From: a virus
Lineage: Duplodnaviria > Caudoviricetes
IMG/VR virus record: IMGVR_UViG_3300033076_001226
Coordinates: 1-49,549 of that record
DNA length: 49,549 nucleotides
Strand: one strand, 5' to 3'
Positions 46,672-49,549 of this stretch are shown here, in pieces (position 1 is the stretch's first letter; every line of letters starts with the position of its first letter). Made by a program: the position numbers and the translations under genes. A model generated the notes under the pieces. The model did not search any database. It had not been told where the DNA came from and was given only the letters and a program-made list of their open reading frames with translations.

Positions 46672-46823
46672 GAAATCCCCCGTGAAAAGGAAAAACTGCA
46701 ACCCCCGTCCGCCGGCCTGACGCTGTTAATCTTCGACCGGCGACAAAGGACGAGCCGGGGCAGGAAACAGCAAAAACGCCCACCACACGGCCACCGGAAG
46801 CGGATCAGCCACGGGCCAGCATG

Positions 46824-47315
46824 CTACCGGCATCGGCCTCGCAGCCGCGGGAACAGCACACGCCGCCCACCAGCCACGCCACCGCACCCACTCACACACT
46901 GACCGGACGCACACGCCCCAGCCGGACACGTCGAGCAACTCGCACACGACCCCGACGACACGGCCTGCACGCTCTGCACACCGGACGCCAGGGTAACCCC
47001 CGAGGTCGGCACGAACACCCGGGTACAGACCCCACCAGAGCAGGTCGTCACCCACTCGCCCGAGCTGGCCGCCACCGGCGCGGCGGGGGTCGATGTGGCA
47101 ACCGTCTCGACCGGCACCGGTGCCACCCCGCGCATCAGCACCCGGTCCCCCTCCGAGTACAGCACCCACCGGCCCGGCCGATCCGGCACCAGGCCGCATT
47201 CCACCGACTCGCCGGCAAGAGCCCGGCGATAGGCGTCGAGGTAGCCAACCGGCTCGACTGCCGACGCGGCAGTCGACGCAACGCACAAAATCAGGGCAAC
47301 AAAGATCGGTTTCAT
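46824..47315 (-). CDS. Secreted Cys-rich protein
   Basis: AGGAG RBS; signal peptide ending ASA; CSGGVCT and CASCSTCPAGACASGQC. Confidence 0.65.
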   Translation of the reverse strand: MKPIFVALILCVASTAASAVEPVGYLDAYRRALAGESVECGLVPDRPGRWVLYSEGDRVLMRGVAPVPVETVATSTPAAPVAASSGEWVTTCSGGVCTRVFVPTSGVTLASGVQSVQAVSSGSCASCSTCPAGACASGQCVSGCGGVAGGRRVLFPRLRGRCR

Positions 47316-47325
47316 GGGGCTCCTT

Positions 47326-48615
47326 TCAAGGCTTCGAAGGCATTGCGTCCGGCACCACGCCGAACGGCATTTCAACGGGGTCGCTGACCTTGTTGACCAG
47401 TGCCAGGATCGCCGCGATGTCTGCAATGATCACCCGCGGGGGCGATTTGCTGCGGAGATCCGCGACCAGCTTCAACAAAGCCGCAATCAACTCCGGGGAC
47501 ACGCCAGCCCCGGCCAGGTCGGCCTTCAGTGACTCATCACCCGGCTTGATTTCACCCAGGTACGTTGACTCGTCTGTCAGCTTCCCATCCTTGAACTTCT
47601 GGACCCGGGTAATGGTCCCGGTAAACCCCTTGCCGGGTGTCGGTGTGGGGTCGGGCGGAGGCGGCGGGGGTGGGTCGACCGCCTTCACGCTCGCCCACAT
47701 GGCCCCATACCCACACCGGTTTGCCCCGTACTTGACCCAGGCGTACCCGCCATCTGCCCACGAGGTGCCCCACGAGTTCCGCACCAGGATCGCCGGGGAA
47801 CCGTTGGCCTTGGTGTCGTCGAAGCCCACGGCCATGATGGCGTGATTCACTTGCCCCGACGACGACCCCAAGAACACCTGCCCGGGGCGGATGTTCGAGA
47901 ACGCATTGTCAGCCGCAACGCAAATGCTCAGCGGCCCGTACTGAATCATTGCGGCCTTGAACGACTCATACGGGGGCACGCTGTCATCCTGACCCACGTA
48001 CCCAAAATCGTCGATCTTGAACGTCTTGCTGACCTGCTTGCACTGTCCCGGGGATGCACGGTACGGACCGTACTCAGACGTGAGGGCCAACCCGCCCTTT
48101 TTCGACCACTGACACACTTCCTCCGGCCATCCCCCATCGCAGAAGTCGCGACCCCTCACACAGTCGCCGAACTGCTGTTCGGATAACTGGTCGGCTTGCT
48201 TCAGCACCCCGGCCTTGATGAACGCAGCCTCGCAAGCCCCAACTCCTGCGAAAGAGTAACACGACCCGCAGTTCCCCTGGTTTTTGATTGGCCCGATCAG
48301 GTGTCGACAGTCGTACGACGACACGCCAACGGACCGGGTGACAGCGAACGCCAGATTCGCGCCGTGCCGGGCGAACGAGGCTGCTACTCGCTGTTTGAGA
48401 TCGGCGGGGACTTTGAGCCCGGTCGACCGGGCCTCGATCGGCACGGGTGCCGGCTCCTGGTGTGCAGCCAGCGCCCTCAGTTCGAGCCGCTTGGCCTCGA
48501 CCAGCATTTGGTCGAGTTTGGCCCCCAGGTCAGGGGCTGCCGGCGGACTGGCCGGAGCAGCGGCCACCACTCCGCACAACGCCAGCCACACGATCGCAGG
48601 CGACAACAGACGCAT
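47326..48615 (-). CDS. Papain-family (C1A) cysteine peptidase with a signal peptide
   Basis: IKNQGNCGSCYSFA (oxyanion Gln and catalytic Cys), LSEQQFGDC, CDGGWP, VNHAIMAVGF (His), VRNSWGTSW (Asn). Confidence 0.92.
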   Translation of the reverse strand: MRLLSPAIVWLALCGVVAAAPASPPAAPDLGAKLDQMLVEAKRLELRALAAHQEPAPVPIEARSTGLKVPADLKQRVAASFARHGANLAFAVTRSVGVSSYDCRHLIGPIKNQGNCGSCYSFAGVGACEAAFIKAGVLKQADQLSEQQFGDCVRGRDFCDGGWPEEVCQWSKKGGLALTSEYGPYRASPGQCKQVSKTFKIDDFGYVGQDDSVPPYESFKAAMIQYGPLSICVAADNAFSNIRPGQVFLGSSSGQVNHAIMAVGFDDTKANGSPAILVRNSWGTSWADGGYAWVKYGANRCGYGAMWASVKAVDPPPPPPPDPTPTPGKGFTGTITRVQKFKDGKLTDESTYLGEIKPGDESLKADLAGAGVSPELIAALLKLVADLRSKSPPRVIIADIAAILALVNKVSDPVEMPFGVVPDAMPSKP

Positions 48616-48621
48616 ACATCC

Positions 48622-48698
48622 TCCTCTGGCTCATCGACACACGGCCACCAGCAACGCGCCGACGGCCACCAGTCCCAACACCCACGCCAGGCGGATCG
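48622..48698. repeat. 77-bp exact repeat, copy 2
   Basis: Identical to 1-77. Confidence 0.95.
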
Positions 48699-48750
48699 CG
48701 GCGACAGCGAGCGGCCAGCCCCAGCCAGATTCACAGCCACACCGTCGCAT
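48631..48750 (-). CDS. Small hydrophobic membrane peptide, alternative-N-terminus variant of 10-126
   Basis: GGAG RBS; MRRCGCESGWGWPLAVAA-IRLAWVLGLVAVGALLVAVCR. Confidence 0.5.
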   Translation of the reverse strand: MRRCGCESGWGWPLAVAAIRLAWVLGLVAVGALLVAVCR

Positions 48751-48827
48751 CAGATGCTCTCCAACAGTCAACCCCCGACCGAGCCTCCCCGTGTGTCGCC
48801 GGCACGGCTCAGCCCGGTCGGGGTGTC

Positions 48828-49082
48828 TCACGGCGGTGGCACGTTGGCCACGTAGATCTGTTTCTGGGGCTGGCCCACGAACTGGAGCGGCCCGCCAACC
48901 CCCGCGAGATTGACGGACACGCCCCGGAAGGGGCACCCCGGCGGGCATTCGGCGGGCTCAGTCGGAGGGGCCACAGTGAGCCCGGTGAGCAGTCCCGCGA
49001 CATACACCAGAGTCCCGACCCCCGGGATCACCACAGTCGCATCAACCCCGGCCACTGGCACAGCAGGTTCTGGATCTGGCAT
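48828..49082 (-). CDS. Hypothetical protein
   Basis: AAGGAG RBS; starts MPD like 44074-44424; divergent from 49153. Confidence 0.55.
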   Translation of the reverse strand: MPDPEPAVPVAGVDATVVIPGVGTLVYVAGLLTGLTVAPPTEPAECPPGCPFRGVSVNLAGVGGPLQFVGQPQKQIYVANVPPP

Positions 49083-49118
49083 AGCTTCTCCTTTTGGGAT
49101 GCGAAATCAAATCCCGGT

Positions 49119-49127
49119 TGGTATAAT
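49119..49127 (+). promoter_or_regulatory. Extended -10 promoter element TGGTATAAT
   Basis: Perfect TGnTATAAT about 25 nt upstream of the 49153 start. Confidence 0.55.
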
Positions 49128-49152
49128 GACCGCAAAACCAAACCGGTGACCT

Positions 49153-49521
49153 ATGCACCGAGCCGTTCTTGCTGCCCTGGTCTGCACTGTTGCCGGGTCG
49201 TGCCACCCCTACCGTCAAATCGACTTGGTGTCTATCCACTCGCTGCTGTCCGACCCTGATCCGTATGTCGGTCGGGAAATCGCAGTCACGATCGAGGCCG
49301 GCCGGTACACGGCTCACGAGGATCGGATCGAGGTCCGCACCGGGTTGCCGGGAGCTGCCCCCGTCCTGGTGTTCCGCGGGGCCTCGCTGTCGGCTGCGAC
49401 CGGGGCCATCATCATCCGCGGGGTGGTCCAGGCTCCTGTGCGCGATGGTGTCGACCGCGGGATGGGCTACACGTTCGCGGTCGAGCTGGTCGAGTGTCGG
49501 CTCATGACCCGGCTGAGGTGA
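49153..49521 (+). CDS. Exported protein or lipoprotein, paralogue of 44471-44845
   Basis: Signal peptide with GSCH; LLSDPDPYVG vs LVASPERYIG; DGVDRGMGYTFAVELVECR vs DGRDRGQGITHGVHLVDCR. Confidence 0.7.
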   Translation: MHRAVLAALVCTVAGSCHPYRQIDLVSIHSLLSDPDPYVGREIAVTIEAGRYTAHEDRIEVRTGLPGAAPVLVFRGASLSAATGAIIIRGVVQAPVRDGVDRGMGYTFAVELVECRLMTRLR

Positions 49522-49549
49522 CCGGGAGAGGGGCGCGGTGCGGGCACCC

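Larger units (their letters stand above)
1..48621. mobile_element. Tailed bacteriophage genome, podovirus-like, probably infecting Planctomycetota; can be circularised
   Basis: Terminase, portal, scaffold, capsid, adaptor, nozzle and ejection genes in one operon; recombination and helicase genes on the other arm; 1-77 identical to 48622-48698; TIGR02996-type proteins. Confidence 0.92.

Noticed and set aside
48622-49549. Prophage att site with host flank
   Set aside because: No integrase recognised, and the extra sequence carries a paralogue of a phage gene rather than host housekeeping genes

Overview
A near-complete ~48.6 kb GC-rich tailed-phage genome with a podovirus-like gene set. The likely host is a planctomycete (Gemmataceae-like), inferred from two TIGR02996-type proteins and Cys-rich secreted proteins. 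Bases 1-77 recur exactly at 48622-48698, so 1-48621 can close into a circle, and 48699-49549 looks like an alternative branch. The plus-strand arm (932-17725) holds small early genes, then ERF annealase, YqaJ exonuclease, a ParB-like/HTH protein, an SF2 helicase and a VRR-NUC nuclease. The minus-strand arm runs from 542 across the junction to 17806. It holds a papain-family peptidase with secreted and membrane proteins, terminase, portal, scaffold, capsid, a GT2 glycosyltransferase, adaptor, nozzle, LamG/Gly-rich proteins and ejection proteins. The arms meet at paired hairpins near 17.75 kb. I recognised no integrase, repressor, DNA polymerase, primase, tape measure or muralytic endolysin. Most unusual observations: (1) the palindrome GCACAWTGTGC occurs 14 times perfectly plus at least 6 one-mismatch copies, inside and between genes, including just upstream of the ParB-like gene; (2) a tRNA-like RNA with canonical acceptor and T arms but one long helix in place of the D and anticodon arms; (3) a sigma70 region-4-like module inside the 1890-aa virion protein; (4) a possible protease-based lysis cassette; (5) a repeated structured intergenic element in the early operon. 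All protein calls are from motif recognition by eye, not database searches.
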